Below, one piece after another: positions 27,201-40,973 of a stretch of DNA of 64,000 nucleotides (position 1 is its first letter; every line of letters begins with the position of its first letter). The position numbers and the translations under genes were made by a program. The stretch comes from Lingula anatina (lineage: Eukaryota; Animalia; Brachiopoda). A model generated the notes under the pieces. That model was not told the origin of the DNA and did not search any database. It saw only the letters and a list, made by a program, of their open reading frames with translations. The DNA is taken from contig CM120642.1 of NCBI GenBank assembly GCA_051362555.1, forward strand, positions 16,988,001-17,052,000, in the 5' to 3' direction.

Positions 27201-29171
27201 TGGCTTGGAAAGAGATGCCATTCTCCTGCCGGTCAAATACAGACGCTTAAGTTAGGTTGATTAATGCATTAAAAAATCGTGACGGAAGGGGGGTGGGGGG
27301 CACGTTAGGACGGGGGTTGGGGTTTACGTTAGGAAAGTGGCAGAACCTGTGGCAGGAAGTTGTAAATTATTCCCTTTTATAGAATATACTTCCTTAAGAT
27401 ATAAGTGAGACTAAATGAAATTTATTCATTAACCGCATTAGATGTATGTTTAAATCGAGTTTTACATCCCAAGCCTTTAGACCCTTCCGACTCCTTGTTA
27501 CAGTGGTATATTCAGGAATGTATAAAAAAATCTAGATTCTTTTTTTTTTTTTAACGATTCATCTAACACACATTTTTGGCTGGTCAAATTATTTTGCCCT
27601 GAAATGTATGCCACTTTTAATGCAGCTGATTTAATTGACTTTGAAGTACTAGACACACATTACACTCAAATAACGTGTTTATTTGTAACCCCCCGTAAAT
27701 TCTGTTTGAAAACTTCTGTGGCTGCAGTATTCGAGCGATTAGATTCAATACTAACCCAAATGGGAAATAACATGCAGACGGCGCAAGGTTTTTTCTCACT
27801 GACTTCAGAGGGAGAGGGGCAAATGCTATATTAATTGGTCTCATAACCAATCCTCTTTTCAAAGCGGAAATATTGAATTATCTTGCGGAAAAAAAATGAC
27901 AGACAATATGGACCAGTCTCTTTTACATGCCTTAGTACAGTATAAGGCTATCATAAATTATTACATATGCATTATGGTATCCGTAGTGATTAAGCCATAG
28001 GGCCCACTGTCAGTCCATCGTTTTATTTTTTCATGCCAAAACTGAAGTTTTATAATTCTTAAGGTTATAACCCATCGTTCTTAGATTTCTACATGTAGTA
28101 TCGACCGTATTCTTCTGAAATACTTTTAAGTCCAGCAAAAACCCCATCAGTTTCAAAAAAGCTTTATTCTCATTTTGCGAACTCTTAGCAGATATATTTG
28201 TCAAGCAGCGTTTAAGCCACGAATTAATGGTGAACGTAAAATAATAAATAAACTGGAAAATTAGTAAACAAATTTACTCTGCATAGACAAGGAATTATAT
28301 TTGATATAATTCCTTGGTAGAGGAGAGTACGAGTTTCACGCCGTGACCGACAACTTTTACAACTATTTTCTTGGACTTGGATACGAACGGGACCAAGGGA
28401 TGAAAAATAACGATTGTGCAAAGAAGAACAAAGACTATTCAACCACAGAAATAAACAGTGGAAATAAAATTGATGTGTGGTTTGTAAAAAGTGTGGTCTA
28501 GAAAAGAGGTGGTTTTCAACACCACCCGTCCCTCCAGGTGTCACGTAGGGCATTTACGGTTAAGTTTAGCAGAAAATCACCTTGGTGACGGGATTGTTGT
28601 TTATGTTGGATATAATTAGAGCTCCAGCATAAAAAACACTGCAGCAGGATCTCAAATTTGGCTTCTCGGCAAGTAGGAGTGATTTTTTTTGCTGTTGTGT
28701 AGAAGGAAAAAAATCGGTCCACGTCTTTACATTGAAGAGGCACGTTTCGTTTAGTTCACGTAACAACAGAGCTCTACATCTGTTGTCGTAATTACTATAT
28801 ATTATTGTGGTGGCAGAAGACCATATATAAGTTTAATTTATTTTTGACATCCTATTACCAAAGACTACTATATTTGAGAGATCTGACCAGGAATTATGAG
28901 ACTCCGGTGTGAGGGAGGGCGCGAGCATGTGCTGTAGTTAGCTACAAGGATCTTCACAAATATTAAAACAAAAACACCGTCGTAAGGAGCTCGAGTATTA
29001 TCACTATAGACGAGATGTCAGGCATAGACTTGGCAGCACTGCGTAAGTTTGTAAAGGTAAGAGATGAATCGTTCGCTATTCACTCATTCGTACAGTCAAT
29101 TTTTATGTAATTTTAACTCATTTTGGGATATCTACGTCGGGCATGGATAGGTTGTAAAACAATACTGATTT

Positions 29172-29213
<42 letters not shown>

Positions 29214-32200
29214 AACGGGGTTTCTTGAGGATTACGGCCCATTTCTCAGCTACTATACTCTAATACAACCAATATTAGGTAAGAGTTCATTCCCAGAGGT
29301 GTGGGGGGTTAGTACATTATCTAAGGATCTAAATTTTTTTTATGACTTTCACTATTCACATCTGTATGTGCACCTCGTATGGAGCAAGCGAAAAATATAA
29401 CCCGTTTATTTTTAATAGGGAAACCAAGATCAGGGTAGCAAGTATATTGAGATAGGAGTATACGAAAGGGGTTGTACAGAAATCTTTGTAATACAGCATA
29501 GTTGTAGCTACACAAAGTACTCAAATACAAATATAAAAACATTCATATAAAATATAAATGTTTTAAGATCCTGTTCACTATAAACGTTACCCATTTTAAC
29601 CTTTGTCACTGTCGAATACGCGTCTCCGATCTTTCAAAGAATGCCCTTGTGTTTTTTTTAATTCACAAAAGACTGCAAACATGTTTACTCTTTCACTCGA
29701 CATTTCAGCGTGGTCTGGTTTTCTTACCCACCCAGCATGTACGATTCGTCTTGACAGCGTGCAAAACGAGGACGTAATAACATTACGTAATCTAGCCTTT
29801 ATAGCAAAAAAACTAGGACATGTTTTATGTTGCCTACGTGCCAGTCCTCACGGTCAAGATGTCACACGTGGATAAATGATGCGTGTTTTTATGTCACTGA
29901 AATCCATAAGAAAAAATCTACACAATGGATTGTTATTTAACTCCTGCGTTGAACACTCGTTACGATAACTCTTCTTTAAAAAACACGACCGCATACGTGC
30001 TTCTTCACCCTGTAGGTATAGTTTAAGTGACGGAAAAGGTATTTTGAGGAGTCTAAAGTCGTTAATAAGACTCTGAAACTCAGGTGATTTGTGTGCTATT
30101 TCCCGCAGCTAATTTTTTATAGTTAATATTTGTTTTTATTATTTTTTTTGTTTTCGAAAATCTCAAGGCCGATTTTCGGTCCAGCACATTCCACATGCAC
30201 ACACACCTTTGAGAAACTGACTAACTGTAATTTCAATTTACAGGAACTAGCCCTCCTTCATCACCAACTCCGCAATGCCACAGTGGTCAGCCAGGACACT
30301 GTCCAGCTACTGACCATTGGACGGGACGACTTCTTCGATATCTTTATGGGCCAAAGTGCCAACCCCGGGGAACTGCCTGAACACCTGAAATTCCTTAGGT
30401 ACGTCACTTGATTAGTTCCTTCATCCGTTTTCTCTCTTTTATTTTTACATTGCCCTGTTTTTAAGTCTTGTATTCACTTTCAATTATTCCTACCATTGCC
30501 GATTTAAATATGTTCTTTTTTTCCTTTTCTGAAATGAATTATTATGCTTTCCAATTCAAATGATGTTCTACAGTAGCTTTTATTTTATCCGTAACTACTT
30601 TTCGTTTCAGTCAACTTGAATTCGCAAAAGACTTTCCAATGGAGAAAATACTGGAGAACCCTGAAGTTTGTCTGCTGCATTTCTTCAAGTAGGTTTATTG
30701 TATTTGCAGTGGTTAGTCTCACTGGAAAAAAAAATCACCGCAATAGCACCAAGAAACGTAACGCATTCCCTAGAATTGATCTGATTGCATTGGTTTATGT
30801 ATTGTTTCCTCATTTTTTTACCCTAACCTTAACGGAGAAAAACCGATATATATTGCCCATTTACGACTCATTATGTTTACAGACCTAGGGTCAAAATCTA
30901 GAATTAATGAAAACACTAAGAAATGATGAAAATTATGGCATATAAGCCTCATAACAGCCAGTTTGTGAATGTATGTATTTCTTTTTATTCAGACGTGGTG
31001 AAGTCATAGTGCAGGACAGTTCCCAGTCCGACTGGATATATATTATAAAATCGGTAGGTACAGTGGCGCGTTTAATAGAAATCCCCACAAGGGCTTATTT
31101 TAATTTGTACTTAAAATGTACTTCATTTGCTATGTACTTCAAAAAGTAAAGGTTTTCAGTAGCACATATTGTAACACGCAGAAGATTGAAAATCGTATGC
31201 GATGAACTTGGAGAAATTGTGTGTGTGTGCATGTGTGTGTGTGTGTGTGTGTGTGTTCATATACCCTCCAATGTTTCTTTGAATGCTGGTTTCACATGTA
31301 TACGGCTGGCAGCTAAATATTTTGACATGAAAACAACGACAAACCCCTGTCGTTCCGCGAGCTAGTTTCAAGTCGTTCGTGTCGTTTGCTCTCAGGAATG
31401 TGTTATGTGTTTCGGTTGAGATGCCCATTGTGTTCCTCATTTCAGGGCACATGTCAAGTGATGAAAGAACTCAACGGTGCGCAAGGACTCAAACTCCACA
31501 AACGCAGTAAAACTATGGACGATCTCACAATGCGGTTACCAAAATTAGGAACCGCCGAGCAAGGTATTCTGAGCTTGTCTGGGGCTATTGCTGGTATGTG
31601 CACGCTTTTTTTGCTTTTGCTTTTATTTCATTAACGCATTTTAGTTGCTTCGTGTTAGTTGATGTTCAGTACAGTTGCAATATATTTTAGTTGCTTTAAA
31701 ATACGTTTTAGTTGATGCTTAGTTCAACTGCTTATATTTTGTTTGCTATATGTTTAACTGCATGAAAATTTATTTGCTTAATTTTTGGATAACTTTGCGC
31801 TTAATTTGCATTTCACTTAAGTTGCTTATTTTCAAAACAATGACATTGCTTTTCAACGCCTATTCAAGTGATAACATAGTTTCTTAAGGTTAATGCTTTA
31901 TTATTGTTACCTGAATTTTTGTTCGCCTTTTCATATAAAAGCTAACTGAAATTACTTTCAGTTTGGTTTTTGCTCAATCATAGCATGTCTGCTAATGCTT
32001 TTATTCACAATTTCATCATTTCAAGTATAATGCAGTAGCCACTTTTAAAAACACTCAGTAGAGGCACCTTTGCTATAACGAACTTACGCTATAAACTTAT
32101 CGCTATCGTAATGCTTTCCCAAGCTGCTTCTCCTAACGCCTGCACTGTAACTTTCGATCAAAGTGATTGCAGAGTCACATCGGGGTTAAATAAGGTGGGA

Positions 32201-34349
32201 ATGCGGGGTGGGTGGGGGTCGGGGCGGAGGGGGATGCAGCTTCCTGGGCCCCTGCCCAAATTAAAAAGGTATTGGTCATCACAGCACTGACCCTCATGAT
32301 CAGTCCCTATCGTGAAACGGGGTGTTAAACCCACTGGGCAGTCCAAGGTGTTTACTGGGGGCGAGAGGGAGCATTTAGCCAAAAGGTACGAATCTTTGAC
32401 ATAAATTTGACCATTTTAATGTAACATATTATTAACTATTTTCAGCCCCAAAGATTTACACGGGGAAGAAGAGGCACAGGTCGTACACAATGCCGACTGC
32501 ACTTAGGCGTGCAATGACGGAATACGAGGACTCCTTGAGAGTAAGATTTTCTTTTTTTTTCTTTTATACTCTATGCCTAGTCTCATTTACGCTTCTTAAC
32601 ATAGCCAGATGGTATTAAACGAATCCAATGTTAAACTCAACGATGATATATGTAAGATCCATCACCTAGGCCTATTCCTAATGCATAGCAATACCTAGCT
32701 CCAACCCTTCTTGTTTGGAGTAGGAATACGTTTCAGGATTTAAATACATTTGGTTCTCACGGGACTTCTTAAGGGTTTGATACGGAACTTTTGGTTACGT
32801 CTCCCCCCTCCCGCCGCAGATAAACAGGCAAAGACAGATTTCTTTAACAAATGATATTGAATTTGTAGTTGACGGGAGGTCGTCTGCCGGTGTTGGAGGA
32901 GAAGGCGTTAGTGAGTGTTGACCCCAGCTCGAGGGACGGAGTGGAGCGACCCGTACCCGGAAGGACGCCGGGTTACTCCAGAAGCAAGCTCAGCCGTTTT
33001 CCTGAAATGAAAAAGACCGCGCATTTTGTAAGTTGAAGAGGTGTTTTGTAATGTATGCATTTTGTATGGGCTTTGCAGGAATTGCTAGATGCCTCATTTC
33101 TGTTACATCATTGTCTCAAAATAAAATTTGTGGACATGAACACTTCATCTTGGCAATAAGTTCCTTTGTGGTCACCACCGCAAATTGTTAAACTTTCTAA
33201 AGAAGCTGCATTCATAAAAAATGCGATAAATAATATCAAACTAGAAAAATTACACTTGACTTCATTTTATTATCAGTCTCCGTCCCCCTCCCCGGAGTTG
33301 AAAACGCCGAAACGATCGACGCCACAGCCACAGGAACCCCTACAGGTGAACCAGTGGTCGACACTTCTTAACATTCTGAAGGTGGAGACGCCCCGGGAAG
33401 ACGTCTTTAAACAGAGGAGGAAGTCGGAGCCCCCAAAAGCGCAGCCCGTATATGTCCAGGTGGACCTGTTGAAACCAAGGGATATTTTTGTAAGTGTGTT
33501 TAAAATTTATGTTTACTACATGGGTTTATTTTCCTTGACATAATGTCAAATGAAACGATCCACGTTTTCTCTATCAGCGTGCATTTATTTTAAAATTGGC
33601 TTAGAAAACTTAAATAATTTATGTCTTGGTATGATAGAGAAGGGAATGGCCCTTGTTTCGTCCTTTTATCAATTTGAAAAAGTACAAAGCACAATTTCCG
33701 AGGTCTTCACGCACTCATAACTGTGTCGCTATATGAATGGAGAGATAATTGTTAAAATATTCAAAATCTCAATATTAACTTTTAATCTAGGGTCTCAACA
33801 CGGTGAAATTCGATTTAGAAATGGAGATTCCGAATACCAAAGTTAGCCTGGTAAGTGAGATATTTCGAAAAAAAAAAAAACGATTGCATACTTTTTTCTG
33901 TCTTATCAGAGCCACGTTTTCTACTTTTTTATGTAAATGAGAGCAATGTTGACTGTTTTAGTGAAAAATCCTTTTCAGTTTCATAATGCGCCACTGTAAC
34001 TTTAATGTTTCAGTATAGCTAGAGTATTTTGCAGAATAATTTTTTTCTGCCCATATTGAACTTGTTTGTCATGCTGTTGAAAAATGCCATAAACGTAGTT
34101 TGTGTTACAATGGTCACGTCTTTTTTTCATCAGGTTAGCCGCGGAGCAGAATGCGTGATGCTAGCCAAATCGTTCTTTGCCAGAAACGCCAACGAGAAAG
34201 TGAAACACGTGGTCCGGAATCTGGCTCGCCCCTACCCCTCGGAAGACGCACTTCAGAAGAATTTACAAATGAAAGAGGACTGGGCAAATTTCAAAAAAGA
34301 TCTAATTCAAGACATTGTTAGCCGTCCAACTTTGAAAAAGTTACAGTGA
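17208..34349 (+). CDS. CNBD2: Cyclic nucleotide-binding domain-containing protein 2-like (two CNB domains, long disordered N-terminus)
   Basis: In-phase GT-AG exons: 17208-18170, 20312-20336, 21452-22149, 22502-22575, 23107-23236, 23673-23747, 24268-24356, 24742-24815, 25105-25193, 30244-30398, 30611-30688, 30993-31053, 31446-31563/31593, 32446-32540, 32869-33027, 33277-33489, 33791-33850, 34134-34349 (up to ~1133 aa). Motifs: FDPADFKA; SFAEYPLHMQEKLCKVA; RVIIRQGHYAENFYFILSG; KGQSFGELALLHHQLRNATV; RGEVIVQDSSQSDWIYIIKSG; VSLVSRGAECVML; PYPSEDALQ. Confidence 0.88.
25654..26351. mobile_element. Cluster of three family-A MITEs (one tandem, one nested)
   Basis: Copy 1 is 25654-25904 (TAA/TTA). 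Copy 2 is 25908-26351 (TTA/TTA) and is interrupted by copy 3 at 26105-26330, which is flanked by a TAA duplication (26102-26104, 26331-26333). Confidence 0.9.
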
Positions 34350-34527
34350 CTTTTCTCAATTCATGTACCAACTTCGTATAACATGGGTGTATTTTTTTAT
34401 TTCAAAGCATTAGATATATTTTGTGTCACCGAGGATGACATTCGTCTTTATCAATATCGTGATTATATTTTTATACCGTTATTAGGGTACTATTCAAACC
34501 TATCCAATGCCAAACCGAGTAGAACTG

Positions 34528-34747
34528 GGCTCCGTATCTCGAAAGGTTCGCTATGTTGCGCACGCGTGTTAGTGTCTCGATTCCATAACCGATTCTATTT
34601 CGAGATACGGGGCCATGAAATCGAGACTCACTTGCACGTACGCAAGTGTCTCGATTTCATGGCCCCGTATCTCGAAATAGAATCGGTTATGGAATCGAGA
34701 CACTAAGACGCGTGCGCAACATAGCGAACCTTTCGAGATACGGAGCC
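34528..34747. mobile_element. Near-perfect 220-bp palindromic MITE (family B; CTG TSD, Harbinger-like)
   Basis: CTG|GGCTCCGTATCTCGAAAGGTTCGCTATGTTGCGCACGCG ... CGCGTGCGCAACATAGCGAACCTTTCGAGATACGGAGCC|CTG. The arms are complementary over ~100 bp. Confidence 0.92.
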
Positions 34748-34828
34748 CTGTTCACATTGCTTAGACTCAGAATTTTGAATCTCCGTGTAAAAAGACTGCG
34801 TGAGAGTAGCTTGGCTGTCTTGACAAAC

Positions 34829-34899
<71 letters not shown>

Positions 34900-35360
34900 A
34901 TAGAAAGGGAGAGAGAGAGGGAGGGGGGAGATAGAAAGGGAGAGAGAGATGCTCCAAAGTGTAGAGCGGATTAATTCAACTGTGCACCGTATCATTCGTT
35001 CTTCCAGGCGTTAAATGAAAATTAAGACTAAGCCACTGTTTAGATTGTGATATCTGACAATCAATTATTTGTTAAAACGCAGAGATATTGGGTAAATCTG
35101 CTGTTTGTTGCCTACTCCTGTGATATTTCATATATAGTAAAACCTGTCTCCATTAAAGAAGAAATACAGACTTACTAGTTGTCATTGATCCTCTTTTGCG
35201 ATTCACTCACCTGTTGACTTTTCAACTCGAAACGAAAATGTCTTTCATGCGTGCTCGCTTCGGAGGAGGGCTAATTTTTTTTCAATTTTTAAACGGTGCA
35301 ACGTAAAATATAAAAAAAGAATGGCGTTGCAATATTTGTTTAATTGCAGGACGTAGAAGT

Positions 35361-35566
35361 CAGGCCTGTAGCCGGGGGGGGGGGGGGGGGGGGGGGGGGG
35401 GTGAGGGGGTGAGGGGTCGGTGCGTTCGTAAGAACCCCCCTTTTTGCCGGGAAAAGGTCTCCTCTGGGTAAACTTTTGTTTAGGTACACTAATGTTTCAT
35501 GGTAAAAGGTCCACTTTTCGAGAAAAAGAACCCCGCCTCACTTTGAAATTGCTGGCTACGGGCCTG
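35361..35566. mobile_element. Non-autonomous element with CAGGCCYGTAGCC TIRs and 6-bp TSD (family C)
   Basis: AGAAGT|CAGGCCTGTAGCC ... GGCTACGGGCCTG|AGAAGT, with internal gaacccc / aaaaggtccactttt. Related copies lie at ~41128-41271 (reverse, partial) and 43089-43255. Confidence 0.85.
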
Positions 35567-35801
35567 AGAAGTGTTTCATGACATGAATGGCCAGCACACA
35601 CTGTCAGTAATCAGCTGAACTACTGACCTTGAGTCGTGAACTGAATAGACGTTTGCTTTTTGAGAATGATGAGCAGTCGCTAAACTAGCGGGACCAGAAA
35701 CTTACCATGTAACTAAAACTGTGCCTCGGTCTTTAACACCCGGGCCCTGGGAAATCGAAATCATCCAAATCGATTTAATCAATTCAAGGACTATAATTTT
35801 A

Positions 35802-35903
35802 GGGACCATTCCCACAGATATTTGGATCGATCTATCTCCCTGGGGAGTCTCACTAAATTGCTGTCAACTTGACCGGCATCGATCTAAGCATGGGAACCCA
35901 GTC
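35802..35903. mobile_element. Internally deleted family-A MITE
   Basis: TTA|GGGACCATTCCCACAGAT ... CATGGGAACCCAGTC|TAA. Confidence 0.85.
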
Positions 35904-36749
35904 TAAGTAAGGATAAATCTTTATGACGGAAAACAAGTGAAAAAGCTTAGCTTGTACTGTGCACACGAAACACGCCTCTCTCAAGCGTGTATTAAAAGAG
36001 AATTGCTCAAACTTTTTAAGTGCTTGCAACTTTTATACGTCATTGTTCACTTGAAGCCAAGCTTGAAAGGATTAATTCGTTATAAGTGTGTTTGAATGAT
36101 TAGCTGCGTCGTATCTTTTAACGCATATTACCAGAATTTTGTATCTCTGAGGTGAATATCGATTTGAATTAAATCTGTTGGTCAAATGATACAGGGGTAT
36201 ATGTGCTTTCCATTCCAATTCCGAACAGAGTTTGTTGACTGAACGTCCTAAACATCAAATAATGAACTTCAAGTATCATCAAAAATTCATCAGCAAGAGT
36301 TGATTTTGTGGAGTAGATTTCCACCCACCAATCGCATGTGACATAGGAGGCGCCATGAAAACCGGGTATTTTCTGGAGGTTGTTTTAGTTCTCTCTTCAC
36401 AACGATTCCCATAACAATCGATAAAATTCACTTTTAAAGAGCCAGCGGTTACAAATTTTTATATAGCGAGATTTAGGATATCCCAAAATAATGCGCAGGC
36501 GCGAGATAGAAGGTGTAAGTGGAAACTCGCACAGGTAATGGAGGTCGCACGCTGGACCGGGTGTGAGCTAGTTTTTAAATAAGTAAAACTGAAAAGCAAT
36601 ATAAAGATGTTTATCTACTGGTAAAAGAAATTATGGAGAACTTGTCGCAAGTTGAGATATACTTCTAACGGTTTGAGATATGCGTAGCTTCACTACAGCA
36701 CTAGTAAAATAATTACACTAATTTTTCCGGACGGAGAAGCTTTGAAAGA

Positions 36750-39365
36750 ATGGAAATCGAACAGTTTAGTGCCATTCACGACAAGAGACTGGTGAAAGAA
36801 GAGGTAACAGAAAATAAGAAAAAGGTGAGGGGATCTTGTTGTTGAAATCAGTAGGATATATACCTAAATAAAATGTCTGTACCGTTGTATATAGCCAATG
36901 CTAAAGAGTAAATTATGGTGATTATCGAAATCACGAAAACGGAATGAAAATAACAAATGCCGTGTCCGACTAAACTCTGCCAGCTGTACCTGAAGTATCG
37001 TGTTTAATTGGAACAATGATATTCGTACGTGCACGTGGACAATAGTTAATGGAAAGTGGTTTTGAATTGAAGTGATAACAACACAATTAACGATCTGTGA
37101 AGAAACTCATCATTTGTGTTATGTTATGTTATGTTATGTTATGTTATGTGCGTTTTACACCGAGATAAACTCCAGTGTGAGCGTACACGCCATGTACGAA
37201 GGGGGAGGGGGGGGGGGGTCGGGAGGAGGACAGGATCCCAGCCTCTAGATTAAGGGTGCATTCCCAGAGATTTAGATCGATCCAGAGATTTAGATTTAGA
37301 TGGACCTAACTCCCTGGGGCTCACGCTAAATTGCAGTCGGCCGAGCGCGCACCATAGTAAATTACCCCCCTTACAGCTTTTAGTAGGCTGGACAGACATT
37401 TAAGCCTGTTAAGCTGACACCAATCTAGTGAGACTCCCCAGGGGGATAGATCGATCTAAATGTCAATGGGAATGGGGTCTAAGACTATCTGCACACAGTC
37501 TGGCCCTAGAGACATGCAGATTGGCGAAAAAGCCACGCGAACATAGACTTTGCGAGTGCAGCAACATACAAATGGAGAAACACGTAATATGTTACTGTAT
37601 CTATACGGCCAATTGCGGCAATAAATTCCCCACTATAGACTTTACAAACTTAGAAAGGGTTTTCAACGGCCCTGTTAATGACGTGCTGTATGCAGATGTA
37701 TAAGAATTTGCTTAACCAAATATTAAGAAAAAAGAATGGTCAAACCCATATATAATACTGCTTTGTCCGTGTAATGTAATACTTTTGATTATATGTGGGA
37801 ATAAAATTAATTAACTATGGTGGCCAAGCTAGATTTCTCTAGGATTACCCCTGATTTCGCCTCATCAGTCTTCCCCCAGCACTCCCTTATTGTGATATTT
37901 AGATATCTACGTCCTTGCTTTTAGTGATTTTTAGAATTTCTCAGCATCTGCAAGTACTGCTTGACAATCATTACACGGGTGTTTTTTCCAAATCGGCCAA
38001 GCCCACAACCTTTCTGATCGGCCCTTGCGCTCAATGCAGTTAACCTAATAAGTACACGTTCTTGTCGAGTCTTAGATAATATATTCACAACACTGTCAAA
38101 TCCCCCTGAACATGTTTATTCAGATAATAGTAGGAAATATCTATCTACTGAGGTGAGCTACTCCGACATGATAATATCGAGTAGCCTTCCACACATTAAA
38201 AGGAATCAATAGTTAGCTTTATTAACGCTGTCCATTAAACTTGGTATTGAGCCACCTTGCTGTGGTATCAGATATCAGAAAAAAAGGTTAGAACAAGTTG
38301 GAATATTAAGCATGTTTATGGAAATGCATTTTGTTATTGATCAGGAAGGGGTTGCGATATTGAAAGTGCTTTAAGTTGTATCTGCAATGTTTGTGTGCGT
38401 TTGAGAGATATTAATTGAGCCCTTGTAACGCAAACTTATTCAGGCGATAATTAACTGCGGTATTTTGCGTGGCAAGTGACTTTTACGCTCCGATTTAATT
38501 AGAAAAATAACATTGACATTTCGGAATTGGACACATGACAAAACAATTGTAGCATCAACCTCTTGGGATGTACGAGTAGGTTAAATCAATTAAGCAAATT
38601 GTGTCATAAACATTGTGTTGTAAAGCAAATGACTTACACTTTCAGTAATTACAGATAATAATTAAAACGGAATCAAGCGAGTAAAAGGATAAGGACTTAT
38701 TGAGTGTAAGTTACATTTCTTTACGAACCAACGAGTGTAGAAATTGTTTTCGTAGTAGGAAAAGATGGAACATGTCATCACATCTAATCTAAGGATGGAT
38801 ATGGGGCAAGAGAGGGTAATTCATATAATATTTTAAATATTTTAAATTGAAAAGAAGTCCCTTAGAAATTATCTAATAAGGAAATGTTGAATGGTGGTTT
38901 GCAACACGAGAATGGAAAATTCCTTGTAATCACGCAGAGACAATAGAAAGAAAACAAGTAAATGCATGATCAGTACGGAAAATAGATTATAAAATGTTAG
39001 AAGAAAATTTGGACTGCGGCCTAAAGAGCTGTTCGGTTTCGCCTTAGGTACTCTTTCAACTAACACGTTACCGAACTTAGTTTTGTCTCAGTTTTTGAAA
39101 AGTGTAAATGTGAAATAAGGACGAAATCGAATCTGTAGTAAAACCGTGCACAACAAAATTCCGTTACGTTAAATGGACAAGAGGGTCGCTGAATACACAC
39201 TGTAAAGCTGTGTCCACTGTCCATGACAGGCAGACAGCTGAGGAAAACGCTGTTAAAACACGTTAGTGTGAACAGCTGATTATTGCTCTCCAGCGAGGAT
39301 ATGAGTCAGTGTTGTTGTTTGTGTGTCCTTCTAAAGCACACACACAGACGTACACACACGTGCGC

Positions 39366-39426
<61 letters not shown>

Positions 39427-40927
39427 ACTTGAGGCTTGTCAAATGTTAATTCGCAAGCAATAAAAGATAAAACACAAATTTAGAAAATATCGATTTTGGA
39501 GCAAATCGATAATTCCAAGAAAAAAATCGCATAACACAATTCTTAATTGACAATGCAACCAAAAGTAAATATACATATTAGCCCAGGCAGTTTGTGTCAC
39601 ATGACTCTGATCACGTGACAGTTGTCTCAGAGTTTCTCACAATTTGAGAAGCCGTTATCAGCGTTTAATGCCCACAGACTGTTTTTTTTTTTTAAAGTAA
39701 AATCTGTATTATTGATCGTGGAAAAAGACAATGATTAAGATGAAGCTACACAGAGACTATTTTAATTCTTCTTACTGTAGAAGAAAATATGACTGAAGCG
39801 TGCGAAAAAATGGTACTTCAAACAATAATAGTGGAACCCATGGACAAATGTAAAGGACTTGAAAAAAACCAAGTTAGTCAGGTAGGCCAAACTTTAATTG
39901 AATAGAGTTGTGAGGAGAATTACGGAAATTTGACATAAAGAACAATTCTGTCTTAATTGATTTTTTATATCCTATATTAAAAAAGACATATGTGGGTTTA
40001 TTTAAGAAATTACTCCTTCTTCCGCATCTTCCTCTCTCTCTGGACTTTTCGACAGAAATTTTTACTTTGGTAGGTTGCAATTATCATACAATATTTTCTT
40101 TTCACCCCGCGGTATATATTCAACATTCTTGTCACTATAGTGTAGGTGTTCATAATTGACGGTTATTTCCCTTCACATCTGGGAGAGCTACACGTAACCA
40201 GATAGAGTACCTTAGTGTTAATGTCCACAATATTGATCGCTTCACTGTGGGTAATTAGACTCATGGTTAATTTATTCTTTTCGGCTGTTCTTGTTATGAG
40301 TTACTGTTGTAGTTATGAATGCAATATCTTGAAGGAGAAGCGAGGTGTGGGGTCGTGCCTTCTCTTCCAGAGGTCATCAGCGAGATTTTTTTAAAACTTA
40401 AAATGTCATGCAGGACACGAAAATGGGAATATTTCTCGATCGATCTACGCTTTGCTTTTTAAGCTGTTTTTTTTTTTTTTTTGGGGGGGGGGGGAGACTT
40501 CAAAATTTGATTGGGCTCGTACTCCTTGTTCCCCCTGCTTCTACCGTGGACAACGTGTGAGTTAAAATGGTCTTTCTGCATTATTACTTATTCCGTGAAC
40601 CTTGAATATATATACAATGTATAACAGTTATTTCCGTTCTTGTAATTGCAATACCACGAACTCGCAAAAAACATCATAGATGATTCAGCCTGATAGATTG
40701 ATGATCCATTAGATGCACTTTCAACGTGAAATAGTGGCTGCTCTTAAATGAAATATACACTGTATCTGATTATTATCACTGCCTTGTTTTCAGTTTCTCG
40801 GACATTAACAGATCAGCTACTGTTGTGTTTTGAATACCATGACGTAGCCAGTAGCACACTCTTCTCTCTCTCTCTCTCCCTCTCTCTCTCTCTCTCACAC
40901 ACATACACACACGTGCCCGCGCGCGCG

Positions 40928-40973
<46 letters not shown>

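Noticed and set aside
28224-28766. Possible piggyBac transposase C-terminus on the minus strand (VDRFFSFY..., CKSCRSRRETR...LC)
   Set aside because: Only scattered resemblance across different frames; no clear catalytic motif or TTAA-flanked TIR pair.
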